The position numbers and the translations under genes were made by a program. A DNA stretch of 64,000 bases from the human T2T-CHM13v2.0 reference genome, Homo sapiens. Below the pieces are notes generated by a model. That model was not told the DNA's origin and did not search any database. It saw only the letters and a program-made list of their open reading frames with translations. Location: assembly GCF_009914755.1 (NCBI RefSeq), contig NC_060936.1. One strand, written 5' to 3'. This document shows, piece by piece, positions 1-11,914 of the stretch; the first letter of the stretch is position 1, and each line of letters begins with the position of its first letter.

Positions 1-213
1 AAAATCAAATCCCATCTTTAAGATTCTGGAACCCATGTTCTAACCAAAGGTCTGCTTGTTTCTACTTGGATTAAACAGGTTTTCCTTATGCTCCCCCTCC
101 CCCACCTCTTCTTCTTTTCCCCCTGCTCCTCCTTCTCTTCCTTCTTCTGCTTCTCTCCTCTTTCTTCTCCTCTTCCTCCTTCTATAAGGAGTGTACATAC
201 ACATCCTGTATTT

Positions 214-367
214 TAGTAGTTTCTAACCTAGGATCAGTGGGACCCACAAACCACCTTAATTTAGATGCAAAATTTTGTATACATGTGTGTGTTTTTCCCA
301 AGGAGCCTGTCCATGACTTTTTTCAGATTCTCAAAGAAATTCAAATACGAAAAATTTACAACCTCTG
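214..367 (+). mobile_element. hAT-Charlie MITE (Charlie4z-like)
   Basis: Resembles recalled Charlie4z consensus (tagatgcaaaattttgt...cagattctcaaag...), with degenerate cagtggtt/aaccactg-type ends. Confidence 0.6.
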
Positions 368-379
368 CTACGGACCTCA

Positions 380-431
<52 letters not shown>
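380..431. repeat. Compound (TC)n(CA)n microsatellite
   Basis: Directly visible. Confidence 0.98.
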
Positions 432-433
<2 letters not shown>

Positions 434-1874
434 CTGAAAGATGGCTACCTTCACTCAGACGTGGCATGAAGATGCTGGGATATGGGCTTTGGGGAGATTG
501 CCTTGGAGAGCACCCAGCTGCTGGGGTGAGGGTGAAGGATGGGGAGGAGGTGTCTTTTAGATGCTGTCTTGGCCTGCAGTCTGCCTGGACACACAGACAG
601 CAGCATACATGCTGTGGAAAGAGCATCCTCTCCTGCTCCCTCTCCTCCCATCCTGCACTGGGACAAAAAGCCTAACCCTAGTCTAAGTGAATCCCAAACA
701 TGAGGAGTCAGGGATGCAAGAGGCTTTGGAGCTTGCTCTTTTTTCACTTCTTGGCTTTGTAGTTGGGGAAACTGAGTCCTGGGGATAGAAAGGGGCATCT
801 TCAATGCCTCCAGTCAGTGGTGGCAGGGCTGGGTCAGACCTGCACCTCCTAAGTGCTTACCCAGAGCTCTTTCCACCCTCCTTAAGTCAGTCTTTCCCAG
901 TCTCATCCCGGCCGCAATTCTGTTAACCAGGAATGGAGGCAACCCTGCCATTCTGCCGATGAGCCCAGCTAGAACCCAGGAGATTTTAATGTCATGAGCT
1001 GCTTTTGAAGTAGTCCTTTAAAAATCAAAAGGCCCCAAAGCTCTTTCTCCAGTGTCACCCACTGGACAGTCGGCAGGCTTTATCTGCCAGCACTTAAAAA
1101 AGAAAAGAAAAAACGGAAAGATACTGCCACTAAAGAAGAATCCGAGGCCCCCGGAATCTTAACAAGGCAGCTCTGTTTCTTATCATCTTCAAAAAGCCTT
1201 TATTAAGCCTCTCTGGGCTCATGTGGCCAAGTGAAGCACTTTACAGAATCAGATCAATCAGTGGTCCGTCAACAAATGTGTACCTTGAACCTACTGTGCG
1301 AAGCCGGCGATGTGGGGGGTACGAGGGCATGAGGCGCGACCCTTGACCTCATGTTAGGGATGCCAAGGGTCTATCTGCCCAAAACACTGCCTTATCCAGA
1401 TTAGGGTGGGACAGGTGGTGAGTATTGTTGGGGATAGAAGAGGAAGGAAGGAAAGAAGAGGACAGAGATTCCGGGTACCAGGCAATTAGAACTTCCAACA
1501 CCCTGGGTATCCTGTGATTCAGGTTCTCAGGCCACTGTTTTCATTATCTTTGGCTCTTTGGGGCATGGAAACCATCTTGGGCATGAGATGTTCTCAGTAC
1601 CAGCAGAAGCCTGGTATTCAGAAATGTCTCCAAAGCAGAATCACAGACCTTAAGTTACCAAAAGATGCTGGGAGTGTTTCCAGGTATGGACATAATGATG
1701 CCATGTTTGGAGAATTGTTTTTTGACTTCCAAAACAATTGCAACTAAACTCAGTGATGATGGGCCTTAAGCTGAGGAAATACGTCTTCTTTCTCCATTGG
1801 ATCCTGGCTTAAAGAAAATATAGTTTTAAAAAGGGTTGCAGAAAACAGTTTGGAAAAAAAATCTAGTTTTTTAA

Positions 1875-2120
1875 GATAGAGGATAAAGGACTTTTGAAGT
1901 CACTCAGACCTGAGGTGCAAAACTTATCTTTGCTACTTTTCTGGCTGTGTGACTTTTGGCAGGTTACTTAACCTCTCTGTGCCTCAGTTTACTCATCTGC
2001 AAAACAAGGATTAAAATAACTTTTTCCTGGAATTATTGTAATGTTTAAAGCTAATATTTGCAAGTGGTCTAGTATAGTACCTAGTACATGCAAACAGTAC
2101 ATGAAAGCAATCATTATTAC
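1875..2120 (+). mobile_element. MIR SINE
   Basis: MIR core ctgtgtgacttttggcaggttacttaacctctctgtgcctcagtttactcatctg. Confidence 0.9.
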
Positions 2121-2189
2121 TCAGTAAGTGGAAGCAATGCCTAATTTAGTCTGTGTTAACTGTTGGAGGGTCCATGTAAAAATTTGGAA

Positions 2190-2860
2190 TAGGTTCTGCT
2201 ATTCCAAATAGAAATCTCCAAATAAGTGACCTAAACAAAATACATGTGTATTTCTTTCTCTTGTAAATAAGCCCAGAGGTGATCAACACAGAGCTGCTAT
2301 GAATGCTCTGCTCCTGACATTCTAAAGAACCTAGATTCTTCTCAGCTCAATGTTCCATCATCCCTAGAGTGTGGACTGATCCTCATGGCCCAAGATGACT
2401 GCTGAAGCTCCAGCCATCACACTTCAAGTACCTGGATAGGGAAGGAGGACAGAAGGAGCTACTTTCTCCCTTAATAGGGCTGCCAGATTTAGCAAGTACA
2501 ATTACAAATTACCCAATTACATTTAAATTTTTGATACATAACAAATAATTCTGGCATAAGCATTTAGGACATACATATTTTTTAACTCTGTTTTTTATTT
2601 TGAACTTATATATAATTTGGTGTCCTGTATTTTATCTGGCAGCCCTACCCCTTAAGGATATTTCTCCAAGTATCTCACAACATTTCTGCTTGTATTTATT
2701 GTCCAAAACCCAGTCACATGACCAACCTCTCTGCACCTGAGACTGAAAAATGTTGTATTTACTCTGAATGGCCCTGTGCCTTGCTAAAAATTAGAGTCTT
2801 TATTACAAAAGAAGAATAAGAAAACAGACATTGTGGATAGGAAGTATACAATCTCTCCTA
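2190..2860 (-). mobile_element. MaLR LTR (MLT1J/K-like), interrupted by MER53
   Basis: caagatgactgctgaagctccagccatcac and ccagtcacatgacc motifs typical of old MLT1 LTRs. Confidence 0.65.
2475..2647. mobile_element. MER53 hAT MITE
   Basis: Perfect 14-bp TIRs tagggctgccagat/atctggcagcccta; 8-bp TSD tcccttaa/ccccttaa. Confidence 0.9.
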
Positions 2861-3261
2861 TGTTTTATTTGTAAACAAGGGGTGATAACATTAATGTGCT
2901 CAAGTATAGTGTGCACTGTCACAGAAAAATAATCAATTCCATCAGAATATTATAACTTACCTCTACTCAGTGATTTAGATTTTCAAACCATACTCACAGT
3001 GACCACATAGGCAGATTTTGTTGACCTGATTTTTCATCTGAGAAAACTGAGGCTCAGAGAAGTCACTTGACTTGCTCAAGTTCACATAGAAAGAAAATTT
3101 TATAACAATCCAGGTCCCTCGTCAGCACAACTTCAATGAGTATTTACTATGTGCCTGGTATGGTACCAGACTGCAAACCTATTCAGAACATAAGATAGAG
3201 ACTATCTTGTGTATTATTTTATCTGCAGCATCTTTGACAGCCCCTGGCACATAGTTGGTAC

Positions 3262-3813
3262 CAGTTTTAGATTTCTATTGCTGTGTAATTACCACAAACT
3301 TAGAATCTTAAAATTATACACATTTATTATTGCATGGTTTCCTTGGCTCAGAAGTCTGAACACAGCTTAGCTGGGTCTCCTACTCAGGGTCTCACAAGAC
3401 TGCAGTCAATGTGGCAGCTGGGCTGTGTTCTCATCTGGAGACTTGACTGGGAAAGAATCTGCTTCCAAGCTCATTTAGGCGATTGGAAGAATTCATTTCC
3501 TTGTGCTGAATATAACTCGTAGCAGCTCATTTCTTCATGGTCAGTAAGAGAGAGAGCCTCTGACCTCAGGGAAGGCCATGTTTTCAAAGCTTTTGCCTGG
3601 TTGAGTCAGACACATCCAGGATAATCTCCCTTTTTTTGTAATACAAAAACCAACTAATTTAGCAGCTTAATCTGCAAAATGCATTCATCTTTGCCATATT
3701 CTACTGGTTAGAAGGAAGTCATAGGTTATACCTATACTCAGAGCAGGGAATTATGCAAGGCATGAATGTCAGGGCTTGGGGATCATGGGGGCTATTCAGG
3801 TCTATCTGCCACA
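3262..3813 (-). mobile_element. MaLR LTR (MLT1D/E-like) inserted in an L2 3' end
   Basis: ttctattgctgtgtaattaccacaaacttag...gaatctgcttccaagctca...ctgccaca; L2 tail sequence on both sides. Confidence 0.8.
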
Positions 3814-3865
3814 TTGCCAACATGTATTTCAATAAATAACTGAATGGATGAATGATCAACTATAT

Positions 3866-4080
3866 CAAGCTTGTCCAACCTGCAGGCCACATGTGGCCCA
3901 GGATGGCTTTGAATGTGGCCCAACACAAATTTGTAAACTTTATTAAAACATTATGAGATTGTTTGTGATTTTTTTTTAGCTCATCAGCTATTGTTAGTGT
4001 TAGTGTATTTAATATGTGGCCTAAGACAATTTTTCTTCTTCTTATGTGGCCCAGGAAAGCCAAAAGATTGGACACCCCTA
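3866..4080 (-). mobile_element. MER30 hAT-Charlie MITE
   Basis: Near-full match to reverse MER30 (caagcttgtccaacc...gattggacacccct); TSD-like aactatat/gattatat. Confidence 0.92.
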
Positions 4081-4721
4081 GATTATATGAATGCATGAAT
4101 ATTTAAGTGACTTAATGCTAAAGACACAAATATGAATTAGATGATAATCCGGCTCTAAATACTGTGTTCCTTCTCTACATCACACCAGTAACCCCATCCC
4201 TGAAGGTACCTTCTGGCTTTGAGATTCCCAGTTCTGTGATCTAATGTCTGGGGCCTCAGGCTTAAGCCTCTAGGTACCTATAGGCAGGAAACAAAGAACC
4301 CCAAACAAAGAAGCCACAAAGAGGCAGGAAGCCCGTACATCATGCAGCAGCCTCGGTGTTGGAAGCCCTGTTGAAGTGCCGACAGCGTTTTTATGTTTGG
4401 AGAATCGTAGTAATGGGGAACACATTTTTATTAAATAGATGCAGTATCAGGGTGTCTGCTAGTAGCTATTTTCTTAAACTCACACAGTAGGTATTGATTA
4501 CCGACCCAAAGCCATGTCTCCTAGGAACTGTAAGTTATGTCCTTCCTGCCTTTCTGAAAACCATCTTAAGCTGTTGTGTGGTTGTCAGTTCTTTCAATGA
4601 GAAGCTAAAAGATTTTTTAATGTATTTTTGGTGGGGGTGGGGTGGATGGAATGTTGGCCCAAAGTGAAGCATGTGTAGTCAAGCCTGCTGATCCACACAG
4701 ATCTAATAGATTAATTTAATT

Positions 4722-4803
4722 TATTTTTTTCAAGACAGAGTCCCGCTCTGTTGCCCAGGCTGGAGTACAGTGATGCCATCTAGGCTCATTGCAACTTCCA
4801 CCT
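4722..4803 (-). mobile_element. Alu 3' fragment (5'-truncated)
   Basis: T-run followed by gacagagtcccgctctgttgcccaggctggagtacagt. Confidence 0.85.
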
Positions 4804-4901
4804 GTAAAATGGCAATAAATAAATTCACAGGACTCTTATAAGAATTGAATAGCAGAGCACCTAAAGGTATGAGGATTATGCCTGGAAAATGGCATATGAA
4901 G

Positions 4902-5165
4902 CCTCTTCTTCCTTCTTTTCTTCCTTCCTTCCTTCTCTTTTTATTTCTTCTTTTCTTCCTTCTCTTTTCTTCCTCCATTTTTCTTTTTTCCTCCCTTTCT
5001 TCCTTTTTTCTTTCTTTCTTCCTTTTTTCCTTCATTCTTTCCATCTAATCTCTCCCATCCATCCATACAACCATCTACTCATCCATCCAACTATCCATGC
5101 ACCTGTTGTCCGTCCGTCCATCCATCCATCCATCCATCCATCCACACACCCATCCACCAATCCAC
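4902..5165. repeat. CT-rich tract followed by (CCAT)n
   Basis: Directly visible; explains low-complexity ORFs in 4730-5497. Confidence 0.95.
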
Positions 5166-5916
5166 TCTCTTCTCTTCTCCTAACCTCTGTTCCTGTGTCT
5201 ATGCTCCTGATCTCCTTAATTTCCTATTTGGGGCTCCAAGTTTGCCCTGTGAGCTGGAGGACATTTCTGGTCTCGGTTCCCATGGCCCTTCAGAATATGG
5301 CTGTCACTGTTCTGCCTGTCCTTTATCTGACTGCCTTTAGTCACTGCACAGTCCCAGACTCCTGGACCCATGGTTTCATTCCGGATTTTTTTTTTCTGGG
5401 CCTCCCAATGCCCTCACCCTCTTCTAAATCCTTCTGGATTTTCTGCAAGCCTCTAGCCATTCCTTCTCCAACTTCTGTGGGTTGTTTTCCACTGTGAATG
5501 TTTTCCATTCACTGGCCATGGAAGTTTCTCAGGCTCCTTCCTTGGTCTGTCTCTCCTCATTTTGCATATTGGGTCTGGGTGATTCCCATTGTTCTCCTTA
5601 TCACTGTGCTGGAGATTTCCCATTTACTCCTCCAGATCCACTCCTCATCCTGCTCCCCTTGCTCTGTGCCCAAAAAGTTGGGCTGCATGGACACATCAAC
5701 GGACTCCCTTGCCCTCTGGCTTCAGGTTGGGAGGCACCAGCAAGAGACTAGAGGATGGGAGGATAGGAAGGTCTGGGTGTTTATTCCCTGCTCCCTCCCT
5801 GCTAGGCCCCTCTTCCAAAGGCAGGCAGCCCCTCTTCCTGAGAGCAGCTACAGCTCTGGCCAGACCCTGGTAACCACCCCTTCCCCTTCCCCTTCTCCCT
5901 TCCAAACTCAGGATGG

Positions 5917-6777
5917 TGTGATCGTCATTTTATTATGTCAACTTGGCCAGGCTATAATCCCTGTTATTTAATCACACACTAAGCTCTGTGTTGCTGTGAG
6001 GGTATCTTGTACATATGGTTAACATCTATAATCAGCTGACTTGAAGTAAAGGAGATTGTCTTTGATCATATGTGTGGGCTTCATCTAATCAGTTGAAAGG
6101 CCTTGAGAGCAAAAATTGAGGTTTCCTTGTGAAAGAAGAAAGTCTGTCTCAAGACTGCAGCATCAGCTCCTGCACAAGAGTTTCCAGTGTGTCCACCTGC
6201 CCTACAGATTTCAGACTTGCCAGCCCCCACAGTATCATAAAACAATTTCTTGAAATAACTCTCTTGATAGAGGGGTGGATAGATGGATAAATTGATAGAC
6301 AAAGGATAGATGGGTAGATAGATAGAGTGATAGAAAGATGGATAGAAAGAAAGATAGATGAACGGATAAAAGACAGGTAGAGGATAGACAGATAAATGGG
6401 TGGATAAGATTGGTAGATACATGGATAGATGGATGAACAGATTGATGGATGGATGGATAGTTTGGATACATAGAAAGAAGGATGGATAGGTAGATAGAAG
6501 GAAAGATGGGTAGATAAATGGATAGATGATAAATAGAAGCATAGATGGATAGAAGGGAAGATGAACTGATAGAAGGATAGATGGATGGATGGATACATAG
6601 AAGGAGGGATACATAGAAGGATAGATGGATGAATATGGAGATAGAAGGATAGATGGGCAGATGGGTGGATAGATGATAGACAGAAGGATAGATGGATAGA
6701 TGGATGAATAGAAAGATGGATAGATAGATGGATAGTCTACACTGATTCTGTATCTCTGGAGAACGCTGATCAATACA
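5917..6777 (+). mobile_element. MLT2D-like ERVL solo LTR
   Basis: TG...CA termini (tgtgatcgtcattttattatgtcaacttgg...ctgatcaataca); TSD gatgg/ggtgg. Confidence 0.85.
6266..6735. repeat. Complex (GATA/GGAT/GAAG)n tetranucleotide tract inside MLT2D
   Basis: Directly visible, about 470 bp. Confidence 0.95.
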
Positions 6778-6954
6778 GGTGGCATAGGCACCCCACTGTT
6801 GCTAGCCCCAAGGTTCTTCACCCCTTCGTGGGTCTCCTTCCTCTGTTCATATTCTTATAGGCCATCTTTTCATTAAACTCTTCTCAGCTGCCCAGTTTGA
6901 ATAAACATATGCTTCCTCCCTAGGCCCTGGGTGATACTCCATCAATTTGTAGAC

Positions 6955-8310
6955 AAGGCCCAAGTCTGTACCTCCAGCTCAGACCTTGCAATTTCAGCCT
7001 TGAACCTGGTTGAGGTCTATAATGGTTAATTCTATTTGTTAGCTTGAGTGGGCACCCTGACTAATACAATATTTCCACTTGAACATTCTACCAATATCTA
7101 AAACTTCAAAACATCCCAAATGGAGCCTGTCATTCTCCTCCTCAGGCACAGCAAGGGCATCCCCTCTACCAGTCCCTCACCCCCTTATCCAATCAACCAC
7201 CACTCCATCCATGAGCCCTGCCTGCCATATAGTGAATGTAACTGTTCATCAGATGCGTATTTTCTGAATGTCGACTGTGTGTGCAGCCCCATTCCTGTGC
7301 TGGGCGTCTGTGCTGAAAAACACAAACAAAACCCCAGACATTCTGGTCATGGAAATAGGAAGTAAATAAACATGTCAGGTAGTGACAAGGGCTATAAATA
7401 AATGAGTAAAACAGAGCCAGAGTTTAGAAAGGTGGGAGGTATGGAGGGACTACTTTAGGAAGGAAGGGTGGTCAGGGAAACCTCTCTGAGGTGGTGACAT
7501 TTGACCAGAGTCCTGAAGGAGGTAAGGGATGGAGGGAGCATGGTTACATGTAGGAGAAGATCAGTTCTGGGTGGTGGGAACAGAAGATGCAAAGGCCCTG
7601 AGGCAGGAGCGAGCTTTGTATGCTGGAGGCTGGGTGAGAAGGTGCATGTGGTGGAGAGAAGTAGGAGAGGGCTCAGAGAGCCCAGCCACCTTTCCTCGCC
7701 TCACTGCAGCTCCCAAGCTCAAGCCCCTGTCTCTCTCCTGCATTGCTGCAGCAATCTCCTAATTGTCCTTGTTTTCCACTGCTTCAATCCATCCTCTGCA
7801 ACCAGAGTGACTGGTTCGATCACAACACTGCTGGCCTTTGAAATGTCCAGAGCCCTTGGAATCAAGTCCACAGTCTGCAGAGAAACATACAAAGGCCACC
7901 TTGACCCAGCCCCCTGTTGATTCTCCTGGCCTCAATCACCCCTTGACACTCCCCACCCACCACTCCTCCCCAGCCACCAGGAACATCTAATCCCCATGCT
8001 CACCACACTCTCGCTTGCCTCTAGGTATTTGTGCTATTTCCTCTACTAGTATTCCATTGGCTACCCTATGCTTCATCCAGACATCAACTTTGATGTCACC
8101 TCCTCCAGGAAGCCTCCTGTGACCCGAAGCCTGGGTCAGAGGTTCCCACTCTGAGTTTCCACAGCCCCTAGTATTGAGCCATCAGAGCCCACTTTAGCTG
8201 TATGGAATGTGTCATCTCTTTGAGCACAGTAACTGTGCCAATTATGTCTGAATCCCCAGTGCTGAACAAGTGCTTGACACCTAGGAGATGCTCAGAAAAT
8301 ACTGATAAAA
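6955..8310 (+). mobile_element. L2 LINE fragments (with an opposite-strand L2 at about 7245-7680)
   Basis: gtcacctcctccaggaagcctcc, terminal gtgcttgacacctaggagatgctcagaaaata; minus-strand gggaacagaagatgcaaaggccctgaggcagga. Confidence 0.75.
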
Positions 8311-8897
8311 TAAAGGGGTAAGGAAAATGGAGCAACGGACTCTCAGGTATGCAGAAAAGATATAAGACTCTGTCCTCCTGGACAATCTAACAACACACCT
8401 GGGGTGGGGGAGATGAGATTCACACACAAAAAAAACCACAGGATGCTTAAAGCTAAGCTGTAGGGGTCAAGAGACATTCAGGGCAAGGGCAGCTTGGGGA
8501 GGGCTGGAATATTTGGGTTTTATTTCTAGGAACAGAAATAGGAAAAGATAGGATGAGGAAGAGGGAGAAGAACTTGAGTGGCACCTCCAAGAATAAATAG
8601 GATTTGTATAGGTGCAGAGGAGGACCAGAAGGGAAACAGTACTATCAAAGACAGGGGTGAGGCTAAGCTGAGTCCCCATCCAAGTGGTAGCTGTTGAAGA
8701 ACCAGGAGGAAATGCCAGCTGGGTAGCAAAGGGTAAGGTGATGAAGTCTCTAAGAAGTCATGGGTAAGAGCAGAGCTTCTGGAGTCAGACCTGGGTTCAA
8801 ATCTTCCCTCCACCACTGGAAACCATTTGACCTGAACAAATCACTTTCCCCTTTTGGGTCCCAGTTTCCACCTCTGTAAAATGAAGATCATGAAAAT

Positions 8898-9690
8898 TCA
8901 GCTTCAGGACCCTTTACCCTCACAGGTTCCTTCAAGACTCCATGAGGGGCTCTAGAGATGCTTCCACAGGGTCACATGGTTTTGCAAAAAAATGGAATTT
9001 TGCCCATCAATGATAGACTGGATAAAGGAAATGTGGTACACATTCAGGCAGGAGAAAATGTGTACTCTCACCTTTTCCAGAGTCACCTAGGAGGCAGGGC
9101 AGGGAGGGCAAGGCAGTCCTGAGAATCTGGAAGGGCTGTCTTGGGGAGGCTGAGGCCTCAGGCGTCCAGGACCAGAGAACAGCAAGCAAGCGTCTGTGTC
9201 GCCAGCAGCAGGGGGACCTGGTCAGGGGGACACCATGGAATACTATGCAGCCATCAAAAGGAATGAGATTATGTTCTTTGCAGGGACATGGATGGAGCTG
9301 GAAGCCATTATCCTCAGCAAACTAACACAGGAACAGAAAACCAAACACTACATGTTCTCACTTATAAGTGGGAGCTGAACAATGAGAACACATGGACACA
9401 GGGAGGGGAACAACACACGCCGAGGCCTGTTGGGGGGTGGGGTTGGGAGGGAAGAGCACTGGGCAAAACAACTAATGCATGCTGGGCTTCATACCTAGGT
9501 ATGATGGGTGCACCAAACCACCATGGCACACAATTACCTATATAACAAAACTGCATATCCTGCACATGTACCCTGGAACTTAAAATTAAAATTAATTTTA
9601 CAAATGGTAACTTCATGTTTTTTTTTCTTATTCCAATTGAATAAGCTTCAGGCCCCACAAAACTTGGATCTTTACCCCCCACCCTGACCT
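8898..9690 (-). mobile_element. hAT-Tip100 (Zaphod/MER115-like) remnant, split by L1PA
   Basis: taagcttcaggccccacaaaacttggatc terminus; both ends resemble the reverse of the element at 28712-29472. Confidence 0.65.
9001..9597 (+). mobile_element. L1PA (older subfamily) 3' end: ORF2 C-terminus plus 3'UTR, carrying a 186-bp foreign insert
   Basis: tgcccatcaatgatagactggataaag...; translation MEYYAAIKRNEIM...MFSLISGS matches the ORF2p end; A-rich tail. Confidence 0.95.
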
Positions 9691-10553
9691 CCAGCCCTCT
9701 TCCAGGGGATTAAATGGAATCATGCGTATAAAGTCCTTAGCACACGGTGCTTGGCATATAATAGATACTCAATAAATGTTAGCCATCATTATAACCATCA
9801 CCTCTATCAAGATCTTTGTATTCAGCAGGGTAATGGAAAGCAAACAAGAGAAACTGAATCTAACTAACTTGACAAGAAAAAGAATTACTGGGAGAATTTC
9901 TGGCAGCACCCCGGATTGGCAGGAAGGCTGGTGAAGTAGGCCTAGGGGACGGCAGGGATGAGAGCATCTGGGCATCAAGAGGGCCCCTCCCTCCCATTCC
10001 TGCAGGCAGAGTTCAACAACATCGCTCCCTTTTATGAGTTTACTTCCCCACCCCCCTCTGAAGAGGAGTGTTCCTGTCTTTGCAGATAAGGCAAATAGGT
10101 CTGCCTTAAATATTTCTATTACTTTAAAGTTCATAAATCCATTGGTTTAAAACTGTCAGCACGATGGGAAAATTCTGAGATGGAGCCACGCTTATCATTA
10201 GCTGAGGAATTTGCCTGAAGTGGGGGCAGGATGCTGAGTGAAGGATGGTGGTGGTGCCCAGAAATGGGCTACCTGCTTGCCCCACTCATGACTCTTGCCC
10301 TCTCAAGAAACATTTTAAACTATGGCCCTAACAGTCAGATGTCATACAAGGCAGGGGTCACTGAAAGCTTCCCTTACAATATTCCCAGTTCCTCGTCTGG
10401 CATGAGATGATGTCAGGGCAAGATGCCCACCCACCCTCCAAATGAGAGTGGCCCTGAGTCTAGGAAGTAGGAAGTATTTTCCACTCACCACTCATGCCCT
10501 GCCGAGTGACAGGAAAAGCTTCAGATGAGACGTAAAGAGGCTCCGGTTCTAGG

Positions 10554-10947
10554 CAATGATGTACTGGTAAAATGTTTAACAACTACCTCTCTTGGAGGAG
10601 AAAAGTGGTCTGATTTGTAGTATTTGCCAGTTTCAGTGGTGTAAATAATCCCAGCATGGCTGACGTCATGCGACAGTTAGGAATAGATGGTATGTAGCAT
10701 CTCATTATATAGGACTTCCACCACACAGATACAGCAGGTGTAAATGACCTCAAAAACGAGTGATACGTTAGGAGTGATACATTTAGAGTATGTATTACCT
10801 TTGTCTTTAACATAATTTATTTAACTGTAAACTTGATATAATTTAATTTTTAATAATGTCTGTGTTTAACAACTGGTTCACAGAAGTCCTGAGAATTTAA
10901 CAGTTGGCTCTTGCAAGCTGGTACAAACCAGCTCCAGGACAACCCTG
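10554..10947 (-). mobile_element. MER63B (hAT-Blackjack)
   Basis: Matches reverse MER63B along its length; TSD-like gttctagg/gttccaag. Confidence 0.85.
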
Positions 10948-11059
10948 GTTCCAAGGCCTCACTTCAGGATGCAGGTTTGCACAATCAGCACTGCTAATTT
11001 CTGTCTATGTGACTTTGGGCAACTTATTTAGTTTAACATGAGAACTATCTCTGAGCTAA

Positions 11060-11313
11060 TGCTCACACAGAGCTTACTATAAGTCAGATGTTCTTCAAAG
11101 CTCTTTATTTGATCTTTGCAAGATCCCCATGAGGTAGACACTGTTATTTTACAGTGTTGTTTTGTTTACAGATGGGGGGGTGGGGGCTGAGACACAGGAA
11201 GACCATGTGACTTGTGCAAAAGCCCACAGCTGGGAAGTGGCAGGACTGGGACTTGAACCCAGGTCATCTGGATTTACTGGCTGTGATCCTGACCACTGCT
11301 CCACACTCCCTCT
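11060..11313 (-). mobile_element. MIR (flanked by + strand MIR pieces)
   Basis: cacagctgggaagtggcaggactgggacttgaacccaggtc. Confidence 0.85.
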
Positions 11314-11914
11314 CTGTTATGCTGAGCCAAGCTTCTGTCTCTGCCTATAAAATGTAGATGTTATTATGTATCTCCTGGGGCGGTCATGAGGATATAAAGA
11401 TTAAGTGAGTTGATGTAAAGGACCATTGGCGTGCCCCTTGGCACATGGAAACCCCACATAAATGGCAGCCACTTTAAGCATGCTTGGTACAGGGCTGTGG
11501 AAATTCCTTCTGGGCAGGAATCCCCGTGGGTGAGGGTGGCTGTTCTGTCTGAGCAAAGGGGAAAGGCTGGCAACGTATTATCAGCTGGCTCTGAAGAGCA
11601 CTGATGAATCATCAGCTGTCATTCTATTATTATCCAGGCTTCAGGCACCCAACCTCTTATCTGTACTTGCTCTGCAAAAATATGTTCTCCCTCCACAGAG
11701 AAACTTTGGTGCACAGCGCTGGTGGATTCATGGAATAAAGCCACAGTATGGAGCTTCCAAAAGTTTCAAAATCCTCCCATCCAATGCACAGAGTGGTATG
11801 CAACTGAAGGCTTATTCCTCCACTGAGTAACTGTCTCTTGCTGTGTGGAAGACGGTGGCTTGGTTGCAGAAAGCCTAAAGATGTCTCCCAACTGCCCCTT
11901 CGAAACTTGGGCTG

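Larger units (their letters stand above)
5595..6938 (+). mobile_element. LTR33 (ERVL) split by MLT2D
   Basis: ctcccttgccctctggcttc...gtgtttattccc; 3' part with cattaaactcttctc resumes at 6778. Confidence 0.75.
8765..9797 (+). mobile_element. MIR split by nested insertions (8765-8895 and 9705-9797)
   Basis: ctggagtcagacctgggttcaaatc...ctgtaaaatg; resumes ggattaaatgg...ctcaataaatgttagc. Confidence 0.85.

Noticed and set aside
4730-5497. K/E/R-rich and F/S/L-rich ORFs
   Set aside because: Products of CT-rich and (CCAT)n simple repeats.
6081-6821. Longest ORF (246 aa) and overlapping ORFs
   Set aside because: Translation of the (ATCC/ATCT)n tract and MLT2D; low-complexity S/I/Y/P/H.
9196-9378. 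60-aa ORF with real protein similarity
   Set aside because: It is the L1 ORF2p C-terminal remnant fused by chance to the insert, not a gene.
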